This document shows, piece after piece, positions 1 to 12,869 of a stretch of 50,998 nt of DNA. A program made the position numbers and the translations under genes. This DNA is from Octopus bimaculoides (lineage: Eukaryota): assembly GCF_001194135.2 (NCBI RefSeq), contig NC_068987.1, positions 74,475,550 through 74,526,547 on the forward strand, written 5' to 3'. Numbering within the stretch: the first letter of the stretch is position 1; each line of letters begins with the position of its first letter. The notes below the pieces were generated by a model. It had not been told where the DNA came from. It saw only the letters and a list, made by a program, of their open reading frames with translations, and did no database searches.

Positions 1-109
<109 letters not shown>

Positions 110-110
<1 letters not shown>

Positions 111-3055
111 AACCAAAGGACTAACCTACCCCATTTCCATAAGTTAACAAACATAACCCCAAAACAAGAAAATGCATTTTCCCAGAACCGTTAGACATAT
201 AAATAAATTAAAGCACATAAACTAAAACAGACATTGTTTAAAACAAAAATTAATTAAGGCGAACCAACCGGACCAAAATTTTCTCCACATAAACAACATT
301 GCACCCACGTGCTACGAGGAAATCTAAGACAAGCATCCCGACCCCTACCGCTGCCTAACGACGAAAAGCCGATCTTAATCTATGAGCGGAAGTTAAGAAG
401 CCACTCCCTAGCGGAACTGACGTCGTACACAATAATGCATAACGACAGACACAAAACAACAGCCATCTATGTTAACAATAAGTAAAACTAATCATTAGAA
501 AGACTTATACCAAACTATGAACGAGAAATTACCTCCATTTTTTTTTTCATAATTTATTATCTCCTCCAAGCAACAGTTAAAACTTGTAACAATTTCTTAA
601 CTTGATCTTGTTTTTCCATCAGCTTAACTGTCTTTTGATACATCAACTTTATGAATTATACTGTACCTTGGCTTGCCTGGAGCATGTTCTGTCCTCTTAA
701 CGGAATTCTATTCAATGCCAAAGAAAAGGGTGTAATACGAGAATTTTAGCTCTTAGTTTTATTAAAACCGCTAGTTATAACCTTACTATCCATACTAACT
801 AGCCTAACATCTAAATGATTGACCTCATACAACGTGTCCCCCATTTCTATTAGCTATATTTCCTGGGTACATAAGCAAATTTTCAAAAAAAAAAAAAAAA
901 AAGAAAAGAAAAAAAAGTTATTACTAAAAATGTAACCAATGTATCTGCAGCAACTACTAAGCTATTAAATCAAACTTCTTCCGTTGGTATAAATCACTAA
1001 GAAAACCAAACTTGCACGAAGACAAATATATGTCAACTAATAAAGGGCTACAATTACTGCCCATTCGAATTTAATTTGTTTAAACATCCTTTCGACAATA
1101 GCAATATAGGCATTATTAACAATAAAGCCATCATTTCTTTTAATTTACACTTAATTAATCTGGTAAAAAAAGCATTGTATTTATTGCTGGATGAAAAAAA
1201 ATCGCCATTTATAACCGTTATCAAACGCTATGTAAATTACTTTAAATATACCCTCTTCCACCATTTTCAAATCTTTATTTGTATACAGTGTCGAGAAATC
1301 ATACAGACGCATAGTTTAAACTACATTAACCTTTTGTGACTTATCTAAAGACTCTTTAGCGTACTTACTTCTCCAAAATAAGTGCACATCCAAATAACAA
1401 AACAATCCTTTGTAGTATTAGGTCAGCATAACCAATCTAATAACATACAATGCGTCATTGACTTAACCGGCTGTTTATTGGTACATTTTCTAACTCTCAC
1501 AAGAAATCTGCACCTTTGGAAACCAAAGAAAAATTTGGAATGTATTTGTCATTTTCCTCTACGCTTTCCACCTCAGGTATCACTTTCCATATTAAATCAC
1601 TTATATTTTCAAATATCATCATATAAGTTAAAACCACTCTCTAATTCTAATTCATTACCTAGCATCATTAAATTGTATTTCTCACACTTTATCCCAAAAT
1701 TCCTTGCTGCTTTATCCGCTGGAGCTGTATTGCATTTTTCTTGCAATATATCAACACATTTTTCCTTACCCCCTACTTACTAAAATCTAATTCCTCTTCT
1801 TTCATTCAACCCAGACTTCGAATTTACTCCAGCGACAAACTAACTACCCGTTTTCTTTAATCAAAATCTTCGTCCTAAATTTAGCATTTAACCCTCAACT
1901 TCGCTACAAAAGTGTCAATTGATTTCAAGATTACTTCTCCCTATTTATATCTATTTATCCTACCAAGCTCCCGCTATTTAGTACCCATCCACATTAGCTT
2001 CTTAAATCCTCTTTAAGATAACATTCAAATCATCCGTATACACTTACCACACTTTCAAGGTAACAGAATTTCGAATAGGTGCAATCGCACGTTCCAAGAA
2101 AAATCTCTCTAAAACCTTCCGGGTCAATATCAAACACTTTTTATAATTGAATAATCTATCACCAGTATTGCGACTTAGTATATAGCTAATATATATNNNN
2201 NNNNNNNNNNNNNNNNNNNNNNNNNNNNNNNNNNNNNNNNNNNNNNNNNNNNNNNNNNNNNNNNNNNNNNNNNNNNNNNNNNNNNNNNNNNNNNNNNNNN
2301 NNNNNNNNNNNNNNNNNNNNNNNNNNNNNNNNNNNNNNNNNNNNNNNNNNNNNNNNNNNNNNNNNNNNNNNNNNNNNNNNNNNNNNNNNNNNNNNNNNNN
2401 NNNNNNNNNNNNNNNNNNNNNNNNNNNNNNNNNNNNNNNNNNNNNNNNNNNNNNNNNNNNNNNNNNNNNNNNNNNNNNNNNNNNNNNNNNNNNNNNNNNN
2501 NNNNNNNNNNNNNNNNNNNNNNNNNNNNNNNNNNNNNNNNNNNNNNNNNNNNNNNNNNNNNNNNNNNNNNNNNNNNNNNNNNNNNNATATATATTCTTAT
2601 TCCTTACATTAATCTGCAAAGATCACGTATCGTATTTATTATGGGTATCACTCTAAAATATATTTTATCAGTTGATTTACTAACAAAAGATAATACAAAA
2701 AATATATTCAACTGTGATTTTATTAGCCATTTCTTTTAACCTTTAACACTCAACTGCAAGAACTATCTACTAGAAAACCAGCCTCTGTTAAATCTCTACT
2801 ACATATATTCCAACAGCTTTTTAAAATTTTGGAATAGAACATGATCTTAACAAAACGTGACATTTATAATATTCTCTGTCTGCCTACAGTTCCTAAGTTT
2901 GTCCAGCATCCCAGGTATACCTCTGTCTAATTTCCTACGTATATTCTTTCTTTTACCATGGTTATGTTCTTTTCACAATATTTCCACCCGATGTACCCCC
3001 ATACCTGGTAACTTATCACTTATGGCCAGCGGATGCTTACTACAGAATTATTTTA
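110..3055 (-). mobile_element. Degenerate non-LTR retrotransposon, ORF2 3' half (L1/Tx1-like RT), interrupted by an assembly gap at 2197-2586
   Basis: Minus-strand translation gives ...SVTLKVW*VYTDDLNVILKR (YxDD motif, about 2010-2070). An upstream RT-like segment IINTIRDL lies near 2610-2640, and a Cys-rich segment QCCLCGE near 280-310 sits close to the tail. Many stops and frameshifts. Confidence 0.65.
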
Positions 3056-3056
3056 C

Positions 3057-3098
3057 ATGTATGCGCTAGTATGTATGCGCTAGTATGTATGCGCTAGT
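3057..3098. repeat. 14-bp tandem repeat (atgtatgcgctagt) x3
   Basis: Three exact units at 3057, 3071 and 3085. Confidence 0.95.
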
Positions 3099-3379
3099 AT
3101 GTATGCTATAAATTGCATAGTATTTTTTGTACATTTTGCAAAACCGATGCAGATGTAGAAGGCTAGATCTTCAGCTCGGCTGAATATCGTGGTTACAGCA
3201 ATTTTCAACTCCTAGTGGTCTTCCATACATTATAAATTTGAAGACTTTTTTTTTCTATGTATATACCGTAGTTGAAAAATTGATAAAACCATGATATTCT
3301 GTTGATCTAAAGAGCTACCTTCTGTATCTGCATTGGTTTGTAAAATGTACAATAGTACTATGCAATTTATAGCATACAT
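3099..3379. mobile_element. MITE-like element with about 75-bp imperfect terminal inverted repeats
   Basis: atgtatgctataaattgcatagta...gcagatgtagaagg (3099-3162) is the reverse complement of ccttctgtatctgc...tactatgcaatttatagcatacat (3316-3379). No clear TSD. Confidence 0.7.
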
Positions 3380-3981
3380 CCTAAAGAAAACATGTAAAAT
3401 AATTTTTTATACACTAAAATAAATTACTTTTGTATAATGTTGGCTGTGAAACGGCCATCGTAACATGGATGTCAAGTGGTGAAATATATTCATCTCATAT
3501 CGCCTGACTTTCTTTATATTCTACACACACTCACAGGCATACAGATAAGCAAATATACACACTTATATGGATAAACTGGCACACATACACGCACGCATAC
3601 AAACACAACCACTATTTTCTAACAGTGTGTGTGTGTGTGTGTGCGGGCGCACAAATTTATTCATTTGTACATTTGCATGTAATCACTATGTACAAACATT
3701 TTCAGATAAAAACCATCGAGGGAGTTTCTACGTAGTTAATTCGACCTGCTTGAAATGGTACCCAAATGTCTTTCAAATCACACCTAACCGTCTCAAATAT
3801 AGAGAAATGCATACAACAGCTCTATAACAACACATACGCGTATACTTACATACATACATAGGATCTAGTTAATTTCACGCATACTTACATACATATGGAC
3901 ATACATACATGCATATATATATAAGCATATAATAACAAAAACAAAACACAAGCTCTCTCTCTCTCTTTTTCTCTTTCTCTT

Positions 3982-4017
<36 letters not shown>

Positions 4018-4834
4018 TCTCTATCTCTATCTCTCCCTCTCTCTCCCTCCGTTACACATGTGCGCGCGCTCGTGCATTCACTCAACAGTTTGGTATAAAA
4101 TGTAAAATGTGTAAATTGTTAGGAAGAAGCGATCATATAAATAATGACACTATTTTGGTGAGCGTTGTACCTTGCCTCGGGGAATATCTGTCAAAGTAGA
4201 ACACCTGTTCTTTTATCTATCGCAGAAGGGACAGTTTCCGTTGGTTAGAAAGTCCACCTGCTATCATCGTCAAACCAATAGCTTAGGGACGTACTCTGCA
4301 GCTGACTGACTCTGCCGAGGCTGTGACGTTTGCTATGGCTCGCAAATGGTCAGTATATGTATGCATCGTCTGTTAGAAATATACCTTTTTTTCTCACAGC
4401 TTATTTCTTTGAACTAGTTGCCATCCTTTGTGTCAAGCATAGACCGTGATATATCGCTTCATTTTCTTAGCTCGAAAATGCAATCGGTAGTCAATGGACT
4501 ACTTTCTTCTAGAGTAGGTTAGTTGAACGAAGGAGTGAAGATGTGCTGGGGTCTCACCCGATGTAAATGAGAATACTTTGAATAGCTTTCTCGAAGAACT
4601 TTCAGTCTAGGAATTATCGATAATTTTCAAAAGTTCTTGTTGACCTTGCAATGCTAACTGAGGGGCACCATAGAATCATGTGTAATACCTGCTATCGTTG
4701 TGGGTCGAATGTGACGTGCCAACTGGTTCCATTAAAAAGGTCACAAGGTTATAGTGATTTAAAAAGGATTGAATTGGACAAGATTGAAAAGGCTAAAGAT
4801 TATAAGGGTTTCTAGCAAAGGCACGATGCTAGAA

Positions 4835-4960
4835 AATTAGGGTGGGAACAGCCGATTAAATCGACCCCAGTTTTTAACTGGTACTTCATTTTATCAAGTT
4901 TGACTTGATGAAAAGCAAAATTAACCACAGCAGAACTTGACAACAGAACATAAACATGTG
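4835..4960 (-). mobile_element. SINE family A, degenerate copy
   Basis: cgattaaatcgaccccag...actggtacttcattttatc matches the copies at 15990, 19655 and 42430. Confidence 0.55.
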
Positions 4961-5244
4961 ATCTAAAAGTTCTGCCAATCCCACACCCATATGGCAGAGG
5001 ATAATTATAACCTTTGACATGAAACACTTAGTATCAATTGGAGACGAACACAAAGATACCAAGAGCAGTTCTGTTTTTGATAAACTTTATGAATGTTGGG
5101 TGTGAGTGACTAATTTGAGGTTTGCAATACGATGTTAGAAGCAGTGGAGTAGTGTTGTAGCTCCTCAATATTGATTGCCTTACTAATTCGGGTATCTTTA
5201 TCATATATATTTTATAAGAACTATCTGTCTCCCTCTCTACCTTT

Positions 5245-5417
5245 CTATGTACGTATGCGTATACATGTACATAGTTACATACATATATATTACTGCGTGT
5301 GAGTGTACGTGTATGTGTATGTAATGAGCGTGTCTAATGAACGAACTCGTTAGCTCGAGATTTTTAATAATATATCTTAGTATGCGCTTACACATACACA
5401 CACGCACACACACACAT

Positions 5418-5459
<42 letters not shown>

Positions 5460-5551
5460 GCATCACGCACACATACACGTATGCATATATGCATGCTTGT
5501 GAGTATCAGTGTGTATGCATGACGTTGTATGTGTGCATGTATCTACGCACG

Positions 5552-5638
<87 letters not shown>

Positions 5639-5770
5639 ATATGTATGTATATGTATGTATTTATATACACATATGTATGTATGTGTGTAGATATACGTAT
5701 ATACACGCACATAGATATAAATAATGTGTATAATATGTATATATATATGTATGTATATGTGTATTTGTGA

Positions 5771-5818
<48 letters not shown>

Positions 5819-5940
5819 ATGCATGCATACACAGTAATTATGTATGTAGACACACGCATACGTACATATATATATATACGTAATATGCGTGTGTATGTGT
5901 ATGAATATACACTCACATTATGTATATATGTGTGTAAGTG
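5245..5940. repeat. Compound (CA)n/(TA)n/(TG)n/(TATG)n microsatellite field
   Basis: Directly visible; it generates the spurious YI/CV/HT ORFs. Confidence 0.95.
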
Positions 5941-6317
5941 CATATACTCTGGCATCTCGGGTTTCCAACCGACATCTGGTATTAATTCTGTCCGAGTGAA
6001 AGTCTTTCGGAATATTCAAAAGCCAGATAGTAATCTGTAATGTTTGTGTTTGAATTACACACCCAGCTAACACCCTGGCTGTTTTTATAGACATCGCTGT
6101 AACATCTTTACTTTCTACCCTACATCACTGACCCTCTTTAGCACCCTCTTTCTACCCGTATATTATATCTCTTTCCTTGCTGTAGGTGGCACTCTCGGTA
6201 TCATAATTCCTTCGTAGATGTAGGTGACACACAATATATCATTGCTATTTCCTTGCTGTAGATGGCACAAACTATATGATAACTATTTCCTCTTATTGAT
6301 GGTATTGGCATGGTTGT

Positions 6318-6470
6318 ATAGTTAACAAGTTCACTTTGTACCGACATGGTTTCGGGTTCAGTCTCACTGTGCGACACCTTGTGCAAGTGTCTTTTACTAT
6401 TGCCTTGGGCCGATCAATGTCTTGTGAGTGAATCTGGTGGACAGTAGCTGTGTGAAAGCCTGTCGATTAT
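6318..6470 (+). mobile_element. SINE family B (tRNA-like head), 5' part
   Basis: B-box-like gggttcagtctca followed by ctgtgcgacaccttgtgcaagtgtc; homologous to the copy at 46042. Confidence 0.7.
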
Positions 6471-7149
6471 ATGTATAAGTAAAGATAAAATTAAATTGAG
6501 TTATATAATTGACAAGCGAATAATTTATTTATATTATAACATAATATACTATGAATATAATATAACATAATATAAAATAACATAAACAATTATTAAAAGA
6601 TCAAAAGGCCAACAATTTGTTTCGATTTCTATACATTTTTTAATATATAAGCAATTCCTTTATATGTAAGTCTCATCAGAGTCAGAGTTTACAGGTAGAC
6701 GAAATTCCGTGTGAAAGGATGGTTGAATTGTAAAAAATTAATTCAACTGCCTATGCATTATGAGCGTGAGCGTTAACTATTCAATTACATATCAATTACA
6801 ATTAAAAAACAACAAAGAATTTTAACGAACAAAATAATTAAGTGTAATCTACAACTAACGAAATATATTTCTATATATCTCAAATAATATTAATCTAAAC
6901 ACGTTTATGTCTAAGAGAGTCTTTCACTATTATAACATACAACAATAATATATATGTGTATATAATTAAGTATCTGAGTCTTGCTTTATCTAGAACTGTA
7001 ACAAAAAGTGTAAAAAATATAAATTATAATTATATAATAACTCTTCCATTTATTTAAAGTTATTGATATAAAAAAATATTGTTTAAAGTAACTAATAGGA
7101 ATTATTTTCCTTAGTTTGTTAATATATATATATATATATATGGCGGGGT

Positions 7150-7325
7150 ATAAATGTATGTGTGTGCCTTTGTCTTCGTGTTTCTTCCCCAACGCCGCTT
7201 GACAACCGGTGTTTGTTTGTATATGGCCTTGTAACTTAACAGCTCAGCATAAGTGATCGATAGAATAAGTATTAGACTTTGGAAAGTTAAGTACTGGGAT
7301 CGATCTGTTCAGCTAAAACCCTAAC
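7150..7325 (+). mobile_element. SINE family B, 3' part
   Basis: gcttgacaaccggtg...taacttaac...gatagaataagta is shared with the copies at 19884 and 40770. Confidence 0.6.
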
Positions 7326-7379
7326 TGTTGTTGACGATTCCTACATTTATAGTGGTGCACATATTTCTTCACACACACA

Positions 7380-7443
<64 letters not shown>

Positions 7444-7794
7444 TTCTTCTTACCCATCTCCCCCTCTCGCTCTGCTTCCTTCTGTTGTCCTGGCTTCTAC
7501 TTCAGTGCTATACACATCTCTCTCTTCCTCCTTGTTCCACTTCTTCCCTCTACCAAGCTCTCTGCTCACATGTGACCTGTGGTCAACTCTCTCTTTTCAC
7601 TCCAGCCACTATGAAGGCGAGACGAACTGTTTTTTCTCCGTCCAGCTTCGTCATATCACTAGCGTTCAATATCAGATTCGCGTTTGGCCGTACGGCTTTT
7701 TAATGTTGTTTTCACTGTCCATTTTTTCCTGTCTTGGTTTGTGTTTGCCAACTTGGAATCCTCTGTTTAGTGACTCGATCCACTACTCAGGAAG

Positions 7795-8030
7795 AGACTA
7801 TTCTAGAGTACGTTCTGCCTCATCTTCGAAACGTCTAGTTAGAATAGAGGCAGCTGACGAAGGATTAATTCCAAGTGGCTATCTGTTTTGCTATGTGTTC
7901 GTTCCGTTGTCGGTAGTTCACTTTTCTAACGTCCTGTACCCTGATATGCATCCATATACACATGTAGATGTAAGTATGTACATATATGTGTGTATACATG
8001 CATACATATTCTTTGTATTATATATATATA
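7795..8030 (+). repeat. Dispersed repeat family with gaaacgtc...gaggcagctgacgaagg (other copies at 49755-50010 and 50420-50500)
   Basis: ctagttagaatagaggcagctga(c/t)gaagg and acgtcctgta..c.gatatgcatc.atata.acatgtagatgta recur in the later copies. Confidence 0.7.
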
Positions 8031-8505
8031 TATATATATNNNNNNNNNNNNNNNNNNNNNNNNNNNNNNNNNNNNNNNNNNNNNNNNNNNNNNNNNNNNN
8101 NNNNNNNNNNNNNNNNNNNNNNNNNNNNNNNNNNNNNNNNNNNNNNNNNNNNNNNNNNNNNNNNNNNNNNNNNNNNNNNNNNNNNNNNNNNNNNNNNNNN
8201 NNNNNNNNNNNNNNNNNNNNNNNNNNNNNNNNNNNNNNNNNNNNNNNNNNNNNNNNNNNNNNNNNNNNNNNNNNNNNNNNNNNNNNNNNNNNNNNNNNNN
8301 NNNNNNNNNNNNNNNNNNNNNNNNNNNNNNNNNNNNNNNNNNNNNNNNNNNNNNNNNNNNNNNNNNNNNNNNNNNNNNNNNNNNNNNNNNNNNNNNNNNN
8401 NNNNNNNNNNNNNNNNNNNNNNNNNNNNNNNNNNNNNNNNNNNNNNNNNNNNNNNNNNNNNNNNNNNNNNNNNNNNNNNNNNNNNNNNNNNNNNNNNNNN
8501 NNNNT

Positions 8506-9085
8506 ACAAGAAGTTTTGTTGGTCTCCTGCTCAACTGCACCCCACATATAAGGGAGTTGCAGTCTGGGGAATTAGGTGGCCAGATGCTAGGGGTGATGTG
8601 ATCGCAGAAATTGTCCGATAGCCATGACTGGGTTTTCCTGCTTGTGTGGCATGGTGCAGAGTCTTGTTGCCAGACATAGAGTCTTCCAGCAGCGACCCTC
8701 TTGACCCAGGGTATTACTACCTCCTCCAGGCACTTGATGTAGACCTCCATGATGAGTCTGAGGCCGCGTGGGAAGATGAATGGTGGCATAACGTCGCCGT
8801 CACTAGTGATCCCTCCAAACACCATGATGTTGACTGGATGTTAGATTTTTATGCATCTGAATCCTCTGCACTATCCTCAGATTGACACTCAAACACTCTG
8901 AAATATTCGCATTGGAACTTCTGGCGCGAATGTCAAGCACTACAGCCAAATTTCTTGTATCATGGTGCTGTTTTTCTCACAGACGGTGCCCAACTGACCC
9001 TACTATACTGTGTAGTCGACAAAGTCAAAAACAAACAATGCGCATGCGTGAAATTAAAAATATGAAATGGTGACAATTTGCTCAT
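8506..9085 (-). mobile_element. Internally deleted Tc1/mariner-superfamily transposon (maT/DD37D-like)
   Basis: The catalytic segment MVFGGITSDG...WQQDSAPCHTS...WPPNSPDCN is joined directly to an N-terminal segment LDIRARSSNANISECLSVNLRIVQRI. The 3' end is lost in a gap. Confidence 0.85.
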
Positions 9086-9512
9086 TGCATCTTGTAATGT
9101 ATCTGATCATTTATAGAGATGAGTATCACGTTATTAACATTGGAATCACATTTAGAAATAACAGTAACAGTGTAATATAGATGTTTTCTCTTCGTCCATC
9201 ATTATTACTATTAAAAAAATAATAATAAAGTGGTGAAATGACTATGAAGAAGCTTTCTGGACAGACACGAAAACCATCTAGCATACATTGATGTCAACTT
9301 ACATGGTATGTGAATATTGTTAGACAGCAATATAGCGTTCATTGGAGCATTCATTTGCATTATTTCTCTCTAGTCATATTAGCTAGGCACAGCGTTGTGT
9401 GAATCAACCATGTAATGTTCATAGTTTCTTTCATTTGGAGGGGTGTTCATGCATATTGTCTCTGTTTCTGTTTCAGTCATTTTGGACAAAATGTAGTTCC
9501 TCTGCTTCTCTT

Positions 9513-10050
9513 TCAAACGTTTAATTTTGGAGAGAATTTTTTGATGAAGTGTATCTCCATTGCTTTTCGGAGATTTGGGTCATTTCTTGAACATTTGTAA
9601 AAAGAAAAGATTTTGAATTTTCTTTCAGTGCATATTTCTAGATGTTTGCACAGTAGAATCTTGCGCAATTCCTCTTGTCGGATGTGTTGTTTGTGGATCC
9701 TTGCACGTTGGCAGAGGGAATTGTTTGTTTCGCCAATGTGATTTTCCTTGCAGTTGGAACAAGTAATGCAGATTGAGATTCTGTGTCTTGCAGTTCTTAT
9801 CTGCATTTACTTTGAACGAGAATCTGCTCTTGAATTTTGTGGGAACCACTTTCTAAATAATTGATTATGTTGTTGTTCTTACATGTTCCACACCTGCTAT
9901 CTCCACATTCTTTTACGGAGAATTCTGATTCATTCTCTGATGTGAATTTTGGTCTTGTGAGGTGTTTTTTGAAATTTTTTGGTTGGCGTCTACTATTTCG
10001 TAATCAGATTTTTGGGGCAGGTTTGATTTTATGGTTTGAAAGATGCTGAC
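9513..10050 (-). mobile_element. Penelope-like element, C-terminal GIY-YIG endonuclease remnant (frameshifted)
   Basis: ITCSNCKENHIGETNNSLCQRARIHKQHI...E.HFIKKFSPKLN matches the PLE GIY-YIG pattern (C..C..xYIGET...R...H...E...I....P.LN). Confidence 0.85.
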
Positions 10051-10480
10051 TACCCTACGAAAGTCACACACACACACACACACACACACAAACGCATGTA
10101 GAGAAAGAGAGAGTAAAGACAAACAACGAACGAGGCTTACAATAAAAAAAAATTAGTTTGACGCTCGGAGAAGTAAAGAGATTTAATTATGACGCTTCGG
10201 ACATATTCCAACATCACAACATAGATGTACCGCGGAAGGAACCGAGCAAAGACAAAAATAAATTAAATAAATACGTAAAATAAAAGAAGCAATTAAGGCA
10301 AAAATGTCCGAATGATCGCTCGATTACATGGTAGATCTATATATATTTGGGGGGAGGGGTTTCTCTTGTCAGTGTGCATGCACGAATCTATAAGTGTGTG
10401 TGTTTGTATTTGTGTATGTGTGTATGTGTATGAGTGTACGTATGTGTGTATGTGTGCGCGCACGCGCACGCGTGTGCTTA

Positions 10481-10685
10481 CAGTGTGTTCGGGCTAAATT
10501 TGACAATTTTTATGTCTCCTTTTTATTTCTGGAGCCATCTTGAAGCCGTGGTGGAAACTGAGGGCAGCTACTTTGAATAAACTTTTATCTCCCATCCACA
10601 ATTTTAAAAAATATTTTTATTTTTGTATAGAATATTGTGTTTTCTTTTCCTTTTATGCAGACTGTCAAATTTATCCCGAACACCC

Positions 10686-10687
<2 letters not shown>
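10481..10687. mobile_element. Tc1/mariner MITE (207 bp)
   Basis: TIRs cagtgtgttcgggctaaatttgaca / tgtcaaatttatcccgaacaccctg, with a left TA. The same TIR occurs at 41783-41806. Confidence 0.85.
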
Positions 10688-10731
<44 letters not shown>

Positions 10732-11229
10732 AATGGTTATTGTTTGTTGTTAGAGTAATTCTTTCTTTCTTAAGTGTAAATGTGAATGTGCATATATATG
10801 TGTATGCGAGTGGGAGAGAGAAAGAGAGAATGAGAGAGTTAAGTAATGTAAATATTAAGGTAGCTGATTGCGTGTGGTCAGCTTGAGGTGAGCCATATCA
10901 GATATACAACTTCGTCTGACAGTGTGTGGCGCCATTTGCCAAGCAAAAGTTTTTCATAGTCTGTCAACGCCTTAACTCGTCTCTTGCTTCAACTCACTAT
11001 TCTCTCTTTCTCATACTGTCTCTCTCATTCTGTCTCTCTCTCCACACACACACACACATACACACGCGCGCGCGCGCGCGCACACACGCGCACGCACACA
11101 TAAGTGTGCATACACAGATACTCCCTCACATATACACATGTCCAAGTCATTTCAGTCTTGCTATTACATTCTTACTACATCTCTTCGCCGTGCACTTCCT
11201 CCCTTCCAAATCTATCTATCTATCTATCC

Positions 11230-11284
<55 letters not shown>

Positions 11285-11789
11285 CAGATATCCATCGCTT
11301 GTAATTGCAATCTCTTCTCTTCTACCTCCCTACACGTCCCTCTATACATTGCAGCTTTACTTCTTTACTTCTACTTGTCTCTAGACTTTTCATCTCCCGG
11401 TCTCCCCCCTCCCCCACATTAATTTCTTTAAGCCTTTTTACACACCTCTTTGCCTGAAAACATCTTCCCTCTGTTCTGACTCGCTCATTTTGCCTCTCGC
11501 AGCATCAACCACCTACGCTTTATCCTTCTCAAGAAAGCACGTACAAGATATGATTTCTGTCTCCCTTCTCATTAGATTTAATAGAAAATTAATCGACTGA
11601 TTGAATGACTGATTGATTCATGTTTCGATTGATTGATTGATTGACTGATTCGTTTATTCATTCATGTATTCATTTTTCTTCTTTTTTTCTATTTCCTTTC
11701 TTTCTCACTCTTTCTTTTCCTTTCTTTCGCAATTCGGTTAACTGGGCCTGACGTGCAAGGTTTTTGTAAGAACCCTACGAAACTACGTC

Positions 11790-11836
11790 TAACGTGTTAA
11801 CGATTCTGCCAGTTCGCCGCCTTCGCCGCCTTCGCC
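11790..11836 (-). mobile_element. SINE family A head fragment
   Basis: ttaacgattctgccagttcgccgcc is the reverse complement of the head at 13841; the terminal ttcgccgcc is tandemly duplicated. Confidence 0.65.
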
Positions 11837-12082
11837 TGTTTTAAATAATAGTATATGTAACTGCCTCTTTCGTTTGTTCATTCACCCTTGTATGCATGTG
11901 TGTGTGTGTGCGTGTACGTGAGAGAGAGAGAGAGGGGGGAGAGAGAGGGAGAGAGAGGGAGAGAGAGAGAGAGAGAGAGAGAGNNNNNNNNNNNNNNNNN
12001 NNNNNNNNNNNNNNNNNNNNNNNNNNNNNNNNNNNNNNNNNNNNNNNNNNNNNNNNNNNNNNNNNNNNNNNNNNNNNNNNNN

Positions 12083-12134
<52 letters not shown>

Positions 12135-12479
12135 AGCATGGATTTGGTACACCTTTATTCCAGTTGTCATACATGTTTCTGTTCGATAATTGATGATGTC
12201 GTGTTATAAATGCATCTACTCACGCGTGTTTCGTAAATTGCATTTATGATGAGATAATCATTTATCGAACACAGAAACGTATGTAATAAATGAAATAGAG
12301 GAATGCCAAATTCATGCTTCATGTGTTTCTCATTCTAGATGTGCTCTTTATATTAGATTATAGCCCTGTTCGGATCGCATAGAACCCAGTGGGATCACAT
12401 AACTGAGGGGGTTTAATGTCATTATTATTAAGAGTTGCAAACGAAATGGTAATTTTGTCGCGCACCGAGCGCATTCGCA

Positions 12480-12556
12480 TCCCACTGCGTGGCACTTTGG
12501 GCTAGTGTCTTTAACTATTGTGAGTGAATTTGGTAGACGGAAGCTGAAAGAGCGCC
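12480..12556 (+). mobile_element. SINE family B fragment
   Basis: cccactgcgtggcactttgggctagtgtc...gaatttggtagacggaagctgaaag. Confidence 0.65.
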
Positions 12557-12600
12557 CCCACCTTTCTCTCTCTCACTACACACACACACACACACACACA

Positions 12601-12656
<56 letters not shown>

Positions 12657-12869
12657 GGAGAATTTAATTCAGTGTTCATGAAATATGTATGATGTAAAGA
12701 AATCAAGAGTTACTTATTTAAAAGCCTTAGCCGTAAACATTGTTGATATTGTGAAAACATCCCATTATCCTCTTAAGCAAACAAAATGGTAATCCTCTAC
12801 AAATTGGTAATCCTCTTACGGATCTGTTTCTATGATTATTGTTCTTTCGTCAAAGAGAAATAATTTATG

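Noticed and set aside
370-520. Plus-strand reading LRSHSLAELTSYTIMHNDRHKTTAIYVNN resembling an APE endonuclease
   Set aside because: It conflicts with the minus-strand RT, Cys-rich end and tail polarity of the surrounding LINE; probably coincidental, though not excluded.
6620-6685. Minus-strand CTGATGAG...CGAAAC
   Set aside because: Stems I and III do not pair; at best a decayed hammerhead relic.
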